Source of the DNA: Sphingomonas sp.
Lineage (GTDB): Bacteria; Pseudomonadota; Alphaproteobacteria; Sphingomonadales; Sphingomonadaceae
Reading direction: 5' to 3' (one strand)
DNA: 64,000 bases
Assembly (NCBI RefSeq): GCF_041659925.1
Contig: NZ_JBAZXI010000012.1
How positions within the stretch are numbered: position 1 is the stretch's first letter; every line of letters begins with the position of its first letter. Below, piece after piece: positions 48,121 to 58,382 of this stretch. Below the pieces are notes generated by a model. The model did not search any database. It was not told the origin of the DNA and worked only from the letters and a program-made list of their open reading frames with translations. Position numbers and translations under genes: made by a program.

Positions 48121-51030
48121 CTACATCTTCACCGAAAAGCGCGCGTACAAATAGCGACCACGCGCGTCATAGGTGTAGATGTCGTAGTTGATCGGCGCAT
48201 TGGCGTAGGACGCCGGCGGCTGGACATCGAACACATTGTTCATGCCGATGGTGAATCGCGCGCGGTCATGGTCGATCGCGAAGCCGATCTCGGCATCGGT
48301 GTAGACGATCGCGTTGGTATGGGCGTCCTTGACCGTATTGGCGACGTCGGTGGTCGGGCCGATATAGCGCGCGCGCAGCACCGTATCGAACGGGTCGAGC
48401 GACCAGCTGAGCGAGGCCTGGCCCTTCCAGCGCGGATAGGTCGCGCGTGGCGTATCGCCCTTGCCGGCGCGATCATCGACGATCTCGGCGCCCCCGGCCG
48501 GGTTAGGCGAAACGGTGCGGAACGAGCCGAGATAGCTGGCGTCGATCACCGCGCCGAACTTGCCGATGCCGGTGCGGAAGTCATAGCGCAGCGTGGCGTC
48601 GACGCCATCGGTGCGGATCGAGGCGAGGTTCTGCGCACCCTGCAGCAGCTGGGTGATCGCGCCGGTGCCGCTGTCGCGCGTCACCAGATCGCAGAACACC
48701 CCGCCGCGCGCCGCGCACAATTGCAGGATCTGTGTCGCGGTTTGCGACGCGATCGCGTTGTGGATGACGATCTTGTAGTAGTCGACCGTCAGCGACAGCC
48801 CGGGGACCTGCACCGGCGAAATGGCCACGCCGGCGCTGATGCTGTCGGAGGTTTCCGGCTTGAGCAGGCGGTTGCCGCTGATGACGCCGGGGATCAGGCC
48901 GTTGAGATTGTAATTGGCCTGGTTGTAGCCGGCCGGCACCCCGGCGCAGCCGGTGAGCGTGCTGTTCGCCGCCGCGCCGCCATTGCACGGGTCGGTGCCC
49001 TGGAAGCTGGTCTGGCGCGATCCCTGGTACAGTTCGAGGATCGATGGCGCGCGGAAGCCCTGCGCATAGGTGCCGCGGAACAGCAGCCCCTCGAACGGGC
49101 GATAGCCGGCGCCGGCCTTGAAGGTCAGCTTGCCGCCGACCGTCGAGTAGCGCGAATAGCGCGCGGCGAGATCGAGATCGAGGCTCTTGGCGAAGGCCTG
49201 GTCCTTGAAGATCGGGACCGAGAATTCGCCATAGACTTCATGCAGGTCATAGCTGCCGCTGGTCGGCGTGCGCGTCTGCACTGTCGTCTTGTTATAGGCC
49301 GCGCTGAGATAATTCGAGGCGGCGTTGGCGACGGGATCGGGATTGTCGACGCCCTTGTTGCGGCGATATTCGTAGCCGACGGCAAGCTGGAGCGGGCCGG
49401 CCGGCAGGTCGAACAGCGTGCCGGTGGCGTTGGCGGTGGCGTTGTAGAGCTCGGTATAGTTCGATTCCCGCGCGGTGAAGCGGATGTACGATGCCTGTGC
49501 CTCGGTCATCGTGCCGAACAGGTTGATCGGCACGCAGCCGGCGCTCGCCGCACAGGCGGCGGGCGAGCCGAGGCCGAGGAACAGATTGTCGTAGTTCACC
49601 CCGTTGAGCGCGACGGTGTCGATCTTGTTCTTCGAATAGGCGCCATAGACGTCCCAGTGCCAGTCATGGCCGAGCAGCGCAAAGCTGCCGTCGAGCCCGG
49701 CCGCGACGCGGTAGGTCTGCACCGTCTGGATATTATCGCGATTGCCGAGGTCGGTCAGCACCTTGCGGATGCGCCATGCCGAGGTCGCCGCAAATCCCAC
49801 CGCATTGGCGCCGGGGACGCCATTGGCGGTGCCGAACGGGTTGAACGCCTGATTGTTGGGGATCGCGAAGCCGCGCACCGTGCCGGAGGTGCTGCCGACA
49901 TCGAGCAGCACCGGCGAAAAGAGCTGGTCCGAGGTGCGGCGGTTGTACAGCCCCTCGACATGGAAGTTGATGTCGTCGGTCAGTTCGTAACCGAAGCGGC
50001 CATAGATGCCGTAGCGCTCCGACGGGCCGGTGCTGTAGATGCCCTGCGCCTGGGTGTTATAGGCATCGCCGGGCAAGGCGGCGGTGTGGAAACTGTTGTC
50101 GGCCAGCGCGCCGGCACCGATCGTGCCGCCGTTGAACGCCACCGGATTGGCCGAGCTGGCAAAGCCCGAGGCGGTGCCGAAATAGCCATTGTTCGACAGG
50201 CCGGGCAGGATGAAAAGGCCGGCCGGGCTGGTGCCGACCGCCGTCTGCGGCACCAGCGTGGCGGTGGTCAGCGCGCGATCCCCGGTGAAGATCGGCTGTG
50301 ATTTGAAATAGCTGCCCGACAGCACGATCGACGCGCGGCCGAAATGGCGGCCGACATTGAGCGTCGCGCTATATTCCTGGCCATCGCCCTTGTCGGTCGT
50401 GCCGACCTTCACACTGCCGCGGATGCCGTTGAACGGCTGCAGCGTCTTGATGTTGACCACGCCGGCAATGGCATCGGCGCCATAGATTGCCGAGGCGCCG
50501 TCCTTGAGGATCTCGATGCCGTCGATCATGCCGGCCGGGATGGTGTTGAGATCGACGAAATCGCGGAAGCCGCGCTGCCCGACCGCATCGACCCAGCGAT
50601 GGCCGTCGACCAGCACGAGCACGCGGTTGCCGCTGCCCTCAGCACCACCCAGGTAGCGCAGGTTGATCGAGCTGGCGCCGTAGCTGGTGCCCTGCGTGCC
50701 GTTCGAATTGAGACTGACGCCGGCGGAGGGCAAGCGCTGCAGCACATCGCCGACCGAGGTCGAGCCCGATTTGGCGAGATCGTCGGCGGTGATGGTCAGC
50801 AGCGGCCCGACATTGTCGGCATCCTTGCGACGGATGCGCGAGCCGGTGACGGTGACCTCGGCGACGGTGTCGGCCTGGTCGGCGCTCGCGGCTTCGGGCG
50901 CGGCGACCGCCGGGCTGGCCTGCTGCGCAAAGGCCGGTGCGGCGATCGACGATGCCAGAGCGAGCGCCAGCACGCTCCCGCCCTTGAGTGCTGCCCGATG
51001 ACGACGGTGCTCGATGCGACGCTGCTGCAT
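48121..51030 (-). CDS. TonB-dependent receptor
   Basis: [41 protein letters not shown]-x-LYARF. Start placed at ATG 51030. Confidence 0.95.
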   Translation of the reverse strand: MQQRRIEHRRHRAALKGGSVLALALASSIAAPAFAQQASPAVAAPEAASADQADTVAEVTVTGSRIRRKDADNVGPLLTITADDLAKSGSTSVGDVLQRLPSAGVSLNSNGTQGTSYGASSINLRYLGGAEGSGNRVLVLVDGHRWVDAVGQRGFRDFVDLNTIPAGMIDGIEILKDGASAIYGADAIAGVVNIKTLQPFNGIRGSVKVGTTDKGDGQEYSATLNVGRHFGRASIVLSGSYFKSQPIFTGDRALTTATLVPQTAVGTSPAGLFILPGLSNNGYFGTASGFASSANPVAFNGGTIGAGALADNSFHTAALPGDAYNTQAQGIYSTGPSERYGIYGRFGYELTDDINFHVEGLYNRRTSDQLFSPVLLDVGSTSGTVRGFAIPNNQAFNPFGTANGVPGANAVGFAATSAWRIRKVLTDLGNRDNIQTVQTYRVAAGLDGSFALLGHDWHWDVYGAYSKNKIDTVALNGVNYDNLFLGLGSPAACAASAGCVPINLFGTMTEAQASYIRFTARESNYTELYNATANATGTLFDLPAGPLQLAVGYEYRRNKGVDNPDPVANAASNYLSAAYNKTTVQTRTPTSGSYDLHEVYGEFSVPIFKDQAFAKSLDLDLAARYSRYSTVGGKLTFKAGAGYRPFEGLLFRGTYAQGFRAPSILELYQGSRQTSFQGTDPCNGGAAANSTLTGCAGVPAGYNQANYNLNGLIPGVISGNRLLKPETSDSISAGVAISPVQVPGLSLTVDYYKIVIHNAIASQTATQILQLCAARGGVFCDLVTRDSGTGAITQLLQGAQNLASIRTDGVDATLRYDFRTGIGKFGAVIDASYLGSFRTVSPNPAGGAEIVDDRAGKGDTPRATYPRWKGQASLSWSLDPFDTVLRARYIGPTTDVANTVKDAHTNAIVYTDAEIGFAIDHDRARFTIGMNNVFDVQPPASYANAPINYDIYTYDARGRYLYARFSVKM

Positions 51031-51191
51031 GTCGTGTTCCCCCAATTTGAACCGCTGCGCCATGCCCTAGGGATCGATTCGTCGCGGCGAAACATGATGG
51101 CTGCAATTCATCCGACCATATCGATTTTGGTATGATGTTCTCAGCAAGACGGCGGATAGCGTATGCCTCCGATACGAGGTGAGATATTCCC

Positions 51192-52301
51192 ATGGTCGAG
51201 ACGTTCCACCGACGGGCGATTGTCGCGGCCGGCATGACCCTTCCCGCATGGCGATTGATGGCCGCGGCGCGCCCGCGCGACCTGCGTGTGGCGCTGCTCG
51301 GCCAGGCGTTGATCCAGCAGGATCTGCGCCGCGTCGCATGGCCGGGCCGCGCGGCGATCGCCGCCTTGCTCGGGCGCGCCGATATCGCCTTCACCGATCT
51401 CGAAACGGCGATCGCCGGCGACGGGCTGACACCGACGCGGCAGAGCGAGGTGCTGCACATGGCCCCGCCCGCGGTGATCGATTGCCTTGCCGAACTCGGC
51501 GTGACGCTGGTCGCGACGTCGAACAACCATGCCTGGGATCTCGGCACGCCGGGCATCACGGCCGCACTTGCCGCGCTCGACGCGCGCCACATCGCCCATG
51601 CCGGCAGCGGGCGCGATCTCGCGGCGGCCAGCGCGGCGGCTACGCGTGCCAGCCCTGCCGGCAGCGTCGCGCTGGTCGCCGCGGCGGCGGGCGCGATCCG
51701 CGAGGGCGCCGCCGCTACCGCCACGCGACCGGGCGTCAACGAATTGCGGCGCGGCGCCGATGGCGCGTTGCTGGCCGAAGACGTTGCGCGCGTGCTCGCA
51801 TCGATCGGCACGGCGCGCCGCCGTGGCGACACGGTGATCGCCTATCTCCACAACCATTATTGGGAAACCGACCCGGCCGATACGCCGGGCTGGCAACGCG
51901 ATTATGCCCGGCAATGCATCGATGCCGGCGCCGCGGTGTTCGTCGCGCACGGCCCGCCATTGTTGCAGGGGATCGAACGCTACAAGGGCGCGCCGCTGTT
52001 CCACGGGCTGGGCAGCATGATCTTCCAGACGCGCAAGGGCGCGGCAGCCTACGGCACCGAAACGTGGCAATCGCTGGCGGTCGATGCGCGCTTTCGCGCC
52101 GGGCGCTTCGTCGGTGCGCGGCTCGTCCCGCTTCAGCTCGACGGCACGCGCGACGCGCCCGATGCCGAGTTCACGCGCGGCACCCCGGCCATCGCGCACG
52201 GACCACAGGCCCCGGCCATTCTGGCGCGCGTCACCACGCTGAGCGCAGGGCTTGGCTATGCGCTGTCCGTCACCGGCGACGAAGCGCGGATCGCCCCCTA
52301 A
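51192..52301 (+). CDS. CapA-like metallophosphoesterase-fold protein with Tat signal
   Basis: FHRRAIV twin-Arg; DLETAI, SNNHAWDLG, AHGPPLLQGIE, GLGSMIF. Confidence 0.82.
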   Translation: MVETFHRRAIVAAGMTLPAWRLMAAARPRDLRVALLGQALIQQDLRRVAWPGRAAIAALLGRADIAFTDLETAIAGDGLTPTRQSEVLHMAPPAVIDCLAELGVTLVATSNNHAWDLGTPGITAALAALDARHIAHAGSGRDLAAASAAATRASPAGSVALVAAAAGAIREGAAATATRPGVNELRRGADGALLAEDVARVLASIGTARRRGDTVIAYLHNHYWETDPADTPGWQRDYARQCIDAGAAVFVAHGPPLLQGIERYKGAPLFHGLGSMIFQTRKGAAAYGTETWQSLAVDARFRAGRFVGARLVPLQLDGTRDAPDAEFTRGTPAIAHGPQAPAILARVTTLSAGLGYALSVTGDEARIAP

Positions 52302-52690
52302 GGCACCGTCACCGTCATCTGTGCCGGCTGGTTGACGGTGATCACCCCGGCCCAGGCGCACATCAGCTTGCAGTTGGTGTCGAGCGCCGGGAGGTTGGCG
52401 ATCGTCACGGTCGGCGTGCCGGGGACCCATGGCGCCGGGATCACCGGCATGCATGGCATCGGCGTCAGCACGCCGAACGCCGCGGCGGTCGCCGAGGCGA
52501 CGGTCGGGTTGGCGATGCTGCTGCACATGCCGAACGGCGTGATGTTCACGATCGGCTTGTTGTCCATGATGGTGCCCGACGGGAAATTGCACGCCGTCAC
52601 CCGGTTGACCGGCAGCACGTTGAACGGCGCCGGTGCGGCGCCGAAGCTGCATTGCAGGATGGCGGTGGCGGTTACATCGGGGGTCGACAT
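52298..52690 (-). CDS. DUF4280 PAAR-like spike-tip protein (eCIS)
   Basis: LQCSFG, NITPFGMC, TPMPC-x-P..W-x-PG, C-x-LMCAW-x-G-x-I. Confidence 0.9.
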   Translation of the reverse strand: MSTPDVTATAILQCSFGAAPAPFNVLPVNRVTACNFPSGTIMDNKPIVNITPFGMCSSIANPTVASATAAAFGVLTPMPCMPVIPAPWVPGTPTVTIANLPALDTNCKLMCAWAGVITVNQPAQMTVTVP

Positions 52691-52712
52691 GGGTTGATCC
52701 TCATTTCCCTGC

Positions 52713-52741
52713 CGTCACCCCGGAACAAGTCCGGGGTGACG
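52713..52741. repeat. CGTC-type REP palindrome
   Basis: CGTCACCCCGGA-acaag-TCCGGGGTGACG, perfect 12-bp stem. Confidence 0.8.
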
Positions 52742-52772
52742 AATTGTGTTGCGAGGCGCAGCAACCGCACCC

Positions 52773-54152
52773 TCACCGACTGACATATTGCCCATCCTTC
52801 TGGCGTTCGCGGCGGATGCCGTCGATCAGGTCGGCGGCGTGGATCACCGGCGGGGTGCGCGCGACCGCCATCAGCGCGGCATAGCGCAGCACGTTGATGA
52901 TCGCGCCGCCGGCCAGCTCATGGTCGCGCGCGATGCGGGTGAAGTCGATGTCGGCGGCGATCTCCACCCCGCGCGCCGCGCCGAAGGTGTCGCGCCACAG
53001 CCGCTCGCGCTGTTCGACATCGGGCATCGGGAACAGCACCGCCGACTGGAAGCGCCGCGCGAACGCCTCGTCGAAATGGCTCTGCTGGTTGGTGGCGAGG
53101 ATCACCACGCCGGGAAAATCCTCGAGCCGCTGGAGCAGATAGGCGATCTGCTGGTTGGCATGGCGGTCATTGGCCGAGCTGGCATCGGTGCGCTTGCCGA
53201 ACAGCGCATCGGCCTCGTCGAAGAACAGGATCCAGTTCTGGTGCTCGGCATGGTCGAACAGCGAGGCGAGGTTCTTCTCGGTCTCGCCAATCCATTTCGA
53301 CACCACGCGCGACAAATCGACGCGGTAGACCGGCACATCGACGCGCTTGCCGATCAGCGCGGCGGTCAGCGTCTTGCCGGTGCCCGGCCCGCCATAGAAG
53401 AGGCAGCGATAGCCGGGCTTGAGCCGGCGGCTGAGGCCCCAGTCATCCATCAGCGTTTCGCGATGCTGTTGCCACGAGACGATCATCTCGATCTGCTCGC
53501 GGACGCGCGTGTCGAGCACCAGATCGTCCCAGTCGAGCGGCGTGGTGATCGGCGTGGCGGGGAAATCGGCCGAGGCGCGGGCGACGAACTCGGCGCCCTT
53601 GAGCAGCAGGTGCATCCCCGGCGCGGAAACGCGCAGCGCGCCGGCCAGCGGCGGCTCGTCGGGGTGGCGCAAATCGATGACCAGCACGCCGCGCCGGACT
53701 AGCGGCGCATCGGGCGCGAACAGATCGTCGAAGGCGAGCCGCGCGATGCGATCCTCGCCGGCGAGCAGGAACAAGGCCGTCTCGGCGGTCGGCAGGAAGC
53801 CGGCATGCGATTGCCCGGTCAGCCCGCCAAATTCGGTGAAGCGCCGCCCGGTCGCCTGGTTGGTGAGCAGAAACGGGTCGAGCGCGGCGGGCGCGAGATA
53901 GGGCGCCAGCGCCAGAGCCAGGACGAGCCGCTCGGCCGGGCCGAGGTCTAGCGCGCGGACCAGTTCGGCATAGGGGCCGCTCGCCTTCGCCAGCGACGGC
54001 GGGCCGGGCGGCTCGGGAACGGCGTCCCCCTCCCCGCCTTGCCCGCCATAGGCGGCGAAGCGCGCGCCCATCACCGCCTCCAGCCAGGCGAGTTCGCCCG
54101 CGACGACGTCGCCATTGGCGGCGCGCCCGCGCGTTGGCGGCGCGGCGTTCAC
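52773..54152 (-). CDS. AAA+ ATPase (Afp15/Pvc15-like, eCIS)
   Basis: GGPGTGKT, VVSKWIGETEKNL, LFFDEADALFGKR, YLLQRLE, DEAFARRF. GTGA overlap with tape-measure stop; start assumed. Confidence 0.9.
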   Translation of the reverse strand: MNAAPPTRGRAANGDVVAGELAWLEAVMGARFAAYGGQGGEGDAVPEPPGPPSLAKASGPYAELVRALDLGPAERLVLALALAPYLAPAALDPFLLTNQATGRRFTEFGGLTGQSHAGFLPTAETALFLLAGEDRIARLAFDDLFAPDAPLVRRGVLVIDLRHPDEPPLAGALRVSAPGMHLLLKGAEFVARASADFPATPITTPLDWDDLVLDTRVREQIEMIVSWQQHRETLMDDWGLSRRLKPGYRCLFYGGPGTGKTLTAALIGKRVDVPVYRVDLSRVVSKWIGETEKNLASLFDHAEHQNWILFFDEADALFGKRTDASSANDRHANQQIAYLLQRLEDFPGVVILATNQQSHFDEAFARRFQSAVLFPMPDVEQRERLWRDTFGAARGVEIAADIDFTRIARDHELAGGAIINVLRYAALMAVARTPPVIHAADLIDGIRRERQKDGQYVSR

Positions 54153-57100
54153 CACGTCACCTGCAACGGCTCGGGCATCCAGCGATGGAAGATCGTCGCG
54201 AAGCTCCACGGCACGCGGTCGACCAGCACGTCGACGCCCTTGCGCTGGACCTGCAGCCGCCAGCTGTCATCCTCGTGGCGCAGCCGGCCGTCGCGTTGCA
54301 GGAAGGTCTCGCGCAGCCCGGCATGCGAGGTGCCGGCGATGATCGGCCAGTTGGCGATCACCGCTGTCATCAGCCCGTCGCACATTTCCAGATCGGCCGG
54401 CTCGGCGACAAACGACGGCAGCACCGGCTGCGCGCTGGGCAGACCGCAGAGCAGCTTGTTGAGCACCAGCTCATGCTCGGGCGCGTCGAGCCGCGCATCG
54501 ACCATATATTGCAGCAGGTGGACCGCGCGCGTCATCGCCTCGACATCGGCGATGCGCATCTTGCCCGCGTCATCGCTGGTCAGCACGCCAAGCCGCTCGA
54601 ACAGCGCCGGCAGATAGGGCGAGAACAGCACGAGGCCGGCATTGGCGATGAAGATCGGCTCGCCCGTCTCGGGTGGCGGCTCCTCGGTGGCGGGGTCGGC
54701 GGGCGGGGGCGGTGTGGTCATGGCGCGCCGCGAGGATGGCGGATCGCGCAGCGCCACCGCAAGCGCCGAATCGCCCGCCGCCTGCGCCAGTCGCGCGGCC
54801 TCGGCGCGCAGCGGCGAGGCCGCGCGCGCATCGCCGCCGGTGGATTCGCCGACGAGACGCGCCACGCCACGTCGCACGTCATGCTCCGGCGCGGCGGCGA
54901 GATCGAGCAGCAGCGCCCACAGCCGCGCCTGGTCGAGCCGCGGCGCGCCGAAGGTCGCGGTACGGCGCTGGGCGGCGGCGAGCATCATCGCGGCGTCGAT
55001 CCAGCCGCGCGCGGCGCGCGGCGCGAGCAGCTGGATGAGCCGGCCGAGCGCCTCGGGCGGCAACAGCGCGGCCCAGCGCGCGCGCGCCGTGGCACTGCCG
55101 CGCCGGTCGCGAAGATGCGCGACGAGCCGCACCTCGCCACGATCCAGCGCTTGCGCCAGCCAGCGCGCGAACAGCGCCGCGTCGCTGCCGCTTGCGCCGG
55201 CGCCGTCGAGCCACGCGATCAGCCGGTCGAGGTCGACGGTGCCGACGGCGCGCCCCTGCCCGGCTGGCGCCGGCGGCGGTGCCGATGGCGGCGGTGGCGC
55301 CACGGGCAGCGGCGCGCCCAGCGCCGCGACATCCAGTTCGGCACCGTCGAGCGCGGCGGCGGCGGCGCGCACCAGCAGGTCGCGCCGCGCCGCCGCGCCG
55401 CGCCCCGCGAACAGCCTGGCCAGCGGGCCGCCGCCGCGCGTCGCCCAGGGCACGAGCCGCTCGAACAGCCGCAGCCGCGCCGCCTCGTCGAGCGGCTCGA
55501 CCGCACGACGCAGCCGTTCGATCACCGCGTCGCGCGTCGCGCCGGCGAACAGCCACGCCAGCTCCGCGTCGCCGCGCGTCGCCAGCGCGGCGAGCAGATC
55601 GCGCGGCGCACCGCGATCGCCCGACCACCAGGCCGCGCGACCATGATCGAGCCAGTGCGCGAGCCGCGCGAGATCGTCGAACCGCTCGCCGGGCTGGCGC
55701 CAGGCGGTGACGAAATCGACCGTCTCGCCGCGCAACAGACCAGCGATCAGCGTCGCCGCATCGGCTCGCGGCATGCCCGGCGGCAGGTCGGGCACGAGGC
55801 AGGCGAGAATCTCTTCGGGCAACAGCCATTGCTGTAACCGCGCGACCAACGCCGGAATTTCGGCCGGCGTGGCACGCGCGACGCGGCGCAGCAGCGCGGC
55901 GAACCACGGTGCATCGGCGACGGCAATGTCGGGCAATTGCTCGCCCAGTTCCGACGGCCGTCCGGTGCGCAGGAACAGCTCGACGCGCTGGCGCAGATCG
56001 GCGTCGCCGCGCGTCGGTGGTGCGGGCAAGGCATCGAGCAGCGCGGCGGGTGGCGGCACACCGTCGAGCCGATCCGCGCCGTGGCGGACGCGCGCGGCGA
56101 TCTCGTCGCGCGGCGCCGCCGCGGCCTGGGCGATCCCGTCGAGCAGATGGCGGGCGAGCGCGTGCGGATCGAAGCGCGTGCCGGCGGTGCGCGCCAGCCA
56201 CGCCGCCGCCAGCGTCCAGACGAGCCGCTCGAAGCCCGCCGCGTCGCGCGTCACCAGCGGCGTCACGGCGTGGAGTCGCGCCAGCGCGGCGAGCTGCGCG
56301 GCGACCGCCTCGGCATGCACCGGATCGAGCGCGGCGAGCAGCCGCTGGCGATCGTGCGGGGCGAGTTCGGCGGCGAGCCGGTCGAGCGCACCGGGTTCGG
56401 CCGCGGCGCGGCGCAGTGCTGCCGCCGCGTCATCGGCGGGCCCGGCGGCGGCTAATTCGGGCGCGAGGACAGCGGCGAGCGCCTCGCTGCCCGCGACCGG
56501 GCCGGCGCGCAGCACCGCCGCGACGCGCGCGCGCATCGCCGACTCGCTGGTGCCGGCGACCCCGGCCAGAGCGCGCAACAGCCGCGTCAGCCAGGCGCGC
56601 CGCTGGAAGCGTCCGGTCGCGGCGAGCAGGTCGGCCAGCGCCAGGCGACGCAGCAATCGCGCGAACTCCGGCGCGGTGCGGGCGAGCAGCGGCGCCGCGT
56701 CATCCAGCAGCGCGAGCACGTTGAGCTCGGCGGCGATGCTCGCGGCGCTCGACGGCTTGAGCGCCGCGAGCAGCCGCGCGAACAGGTCGGCATCGATCTG
56801 CCGCCACAACGCCGGTCGGTCGCCGTCGCGCAACAGGGCGAGCAGCGGCGCGACATCGCCGGCGCGGGCCGCGGCGAGCGCGCGCGCCTCTTCCGCCCGC
56901 ATCGGCACGGCGGCATCGGCCGGGGTGATTTCGTCGAGCAGTTCCTCGAGCACGCCGGGGAGTGACGGGCGCACGCCGGTGCGCGCGCCGGCGCGTGCCG
57001 CGGCTTCCGCCAGCAACCGTACCAGCGCGACATAGGCGATGCCGGCGCGGCTCGCCTCATGCTGCAACAGATGCGCGACGAAGCGCCGCCGGTTGAACTG

Positions 57101-58333
57101 GGTGCCGGGATCATGCAGCAGATAGGTCAGTGTCAGCCAGCGCAGCACCGGCCGGGGATCGGCGGCGAACAGCGGCTTCGGCGCGGCCCGCTCGCTCGCC
57201 TCGATCTCGTCGAGCAGGGCAATGATGACGTCGGCCGCGTCGGGATCGAGCCGGCGGACGAGCCCGGCGAACAGCCGGTCGTCGAGCAGCCGCACCAGCG
57301 CCTGGAGCGCCGGCCGGTCGTCGGCGAGGCGGCGGACCAGCGCAACCAGCGCGCCATAATCGCCATCGCGTGCCGCCTTCAGCGCGGCGGCCGTATCGAT
57401 ATCGGCGGCGGCGGATTCTCGCGGCGGCGGCGACACCTCGCCAATCTCGTCGAGCAGCTCGGCAAGGACCAGCGGGAGGGTCGAGCGCAGCCCGACGCGG
57501 ACCCGCGTCATGGCGAGCGCATCGCCGAGCAGGCGAAGCAAGGCGGCATAGTCGATGTCGAGCCGTGCCGCCTCGCGCGCCAGCAGGTGCGCGAGGAAGC
57601 GGCGGCGATTGAACTGCGTGCCCGCGTCGCGCAGCAGGAATTCGAGCGTCGCGACCCACAATAGCCGTTCGAGCGCGGGTTCGGCGAGCCGCGCGAGCGG
57701 CGGCGGCACCGGGCGGGCACGGTGCGCGAGGATGACGTCGGCGATCAGCGCGAGGATCACCGCCGCGTCGGCCGGCGCCAGCGTGGCGAGAAGTCGATGC
57801 AGACCGCCAATCCCGATCTGTACCACCAGCCGTTCGAGCACTTGGCCGCTGCGGGCATGGCGGCGGAGCAATGCGACCAGCGCGTCGGGCTGTTCGGCGA
57901 GCAGCGTCGCGAACATCGCCGCCGGGTCGAAACGCTCGGCGCGCGGCGCCCAGGGCGCGGTGCCGGTGACGAGCCACGCGGCAAAGCGCTCGCGCAGCAC
58001 CGCGGCGGGATCGATCAGCCGCGCCTCGTCGGACGGGGCGACGCGCGCGCGGTGCAACGCCTCGCCCAGCGCCTCGCCGAGCGCACGCTCCAGCGCGGCG
58101 AGCGCATCGCTTTCGAGATGGTCGGGCCGCACCTCGCCAAGGTCGAGATCGATCCGTCCGAGCCGCAACCACGCGTCGCGCGGCGCGAGCGCGTCGCACA
58201 CCCGTTCGAGCACCGGCGGTAGCAGCCGCCACGCCAGCGTTTCGAGCCGCGGCCGCAGCGCGAGCGCCGCATCGGTATCGGGCAACGCGGCGCGCAGCTC
58301 GATGCGGCCGATGCGGTGCGTCGCGCCCGGCAT
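54149..58333 (-). CDS. Contractile injection system tape measure protein (Afp14-like)
   Basis: C-terminal IANAGLVL..PYL..LF, LVLNKLLCG, LRETFLQRDG-x-L, DVL-x-D-x-x-PWS..WM..L-x-V-x-W. N-terminal HRIGRIEL; long Ala/Leu/Arg helical body. Confidence 0.88.
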   Translation of the reverse strand: MPGATHRIGRIELRAALPDTDAALALRPRLETLAWRLLPPVLERVCDALAPRDAWLRLGRIDLDLGEVRPDHLESDALAALERALGEALGEALHRARVAPSDEARLIDPAAVLRERFAAWLVTGTAPWAPRAERFDPAAMFATLLAEQPDALVALLRRHARSGQVLERLVVQIGIGGLHRLLATLAPADAAVILALIADVILAHRARPVPPPLARLAEPALERLLWVATLEFLLRDAGTQFNRRRFLAHLLAREAARLDIDYAALLRLLGDALAMTRVRVGLRSTLPLVLAELLDEIGEVSPPPRESAAADIDTAAALKAARDGDYGALVALVRRLADDRPALQALVRLLDDRLFAGLVRRLDPDAADVIIALLDEIEASERAAPKPLFAADPRPVLRWLTLTYLLHDPGTQFNRRRFVAHLLQHEASRAGIAYVALVRLLAEAAARAGARTGVRPSLPGVLEELLDEITPADAAVPMRAEEARALAAARAGDVAPLLALLRDGDRPALWRQIDADLFARLLAALKPSSAASIAAELNVLALLDDAAPLLARTAPEFARLLRRLALADLLAATGRFQRRAWLTRLLRALAGVAGTSESAMRARVAAVLRAGPVAGSEALAAVLAPELAAAGPADDAAAALRRAAAEPGALDRLAAELAPHDRQRLLAALDPVHAEAVAAQLAALARLHAVTPLVTRDAAGFERLVWTLAAAWLARTAGTRFDPHALARHLLDGIAQAAAAPRDEIAARVRHGADRLDGVPPPAALLDALPAPPTRGDADLRQRVELFLRTGRPSELGEQLPDIAVADAPWFAALLRRVARATPAEIPALVARLQQWLLPEEILACLVPDLPPGMPRADAATLIAGLLRGETVDFVTAWRQPGERFDDLARLAHWLDHGRAAWWSGDRGAPRDLLAALATRGDAELAWLFAGATRDAVIERLRRAVEPLDEAARLRLFERLVPWATRGGGPLARLFAGRGAAARRDLLVRAAAAALDGAELDVAALGAPLPVAPPPPSAPPPAPAGQGRAVGTVDLDRLIAWLDGAGASGSDAALFARWLAQALDRGEVRLVAHLRDRRGSATARARWAALLPPEALGRLIQLLAPRAARGWIDAAMMLAAAQRRTATFGAPRLDQARLWALLLDLAAAPEHDVRRGVARLVGESTGGDARAASPLRAEAARLAQAAGDSALAVALRDPPSSRRAMTTPPPPADPATEEPPPETGEPIFIANAGLVLFSPYLPALFERLGVLTSDDAGKMRIADVEAMTRAVHLLQYMVDARLDAPEHELVLNKLLCGLPSAQPVLPSFVAEPADLEMCDGLMTAVIANWPIIAGTSHAGLRETFLQRDGRLRHEDDSWRLQVQRKGVDVLVDRVPWSFATIFHRWMPEPLQVTW

Positions 58334-58382
58334 CACATGCCGCCCCGATCGGCCACGCGTGATCCATGGGCCCGGCAAACGC

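Noticed and set aside
52298-54152. Interpretation as type VI secretion (PAAR + ClpV)
   Set aside because: The ATPase is single-ring Afp15-like rather than ClpV, and the adjacent Afp14-type tape measure is an eCIS feature; no Tss membrane-complex genes in the window.
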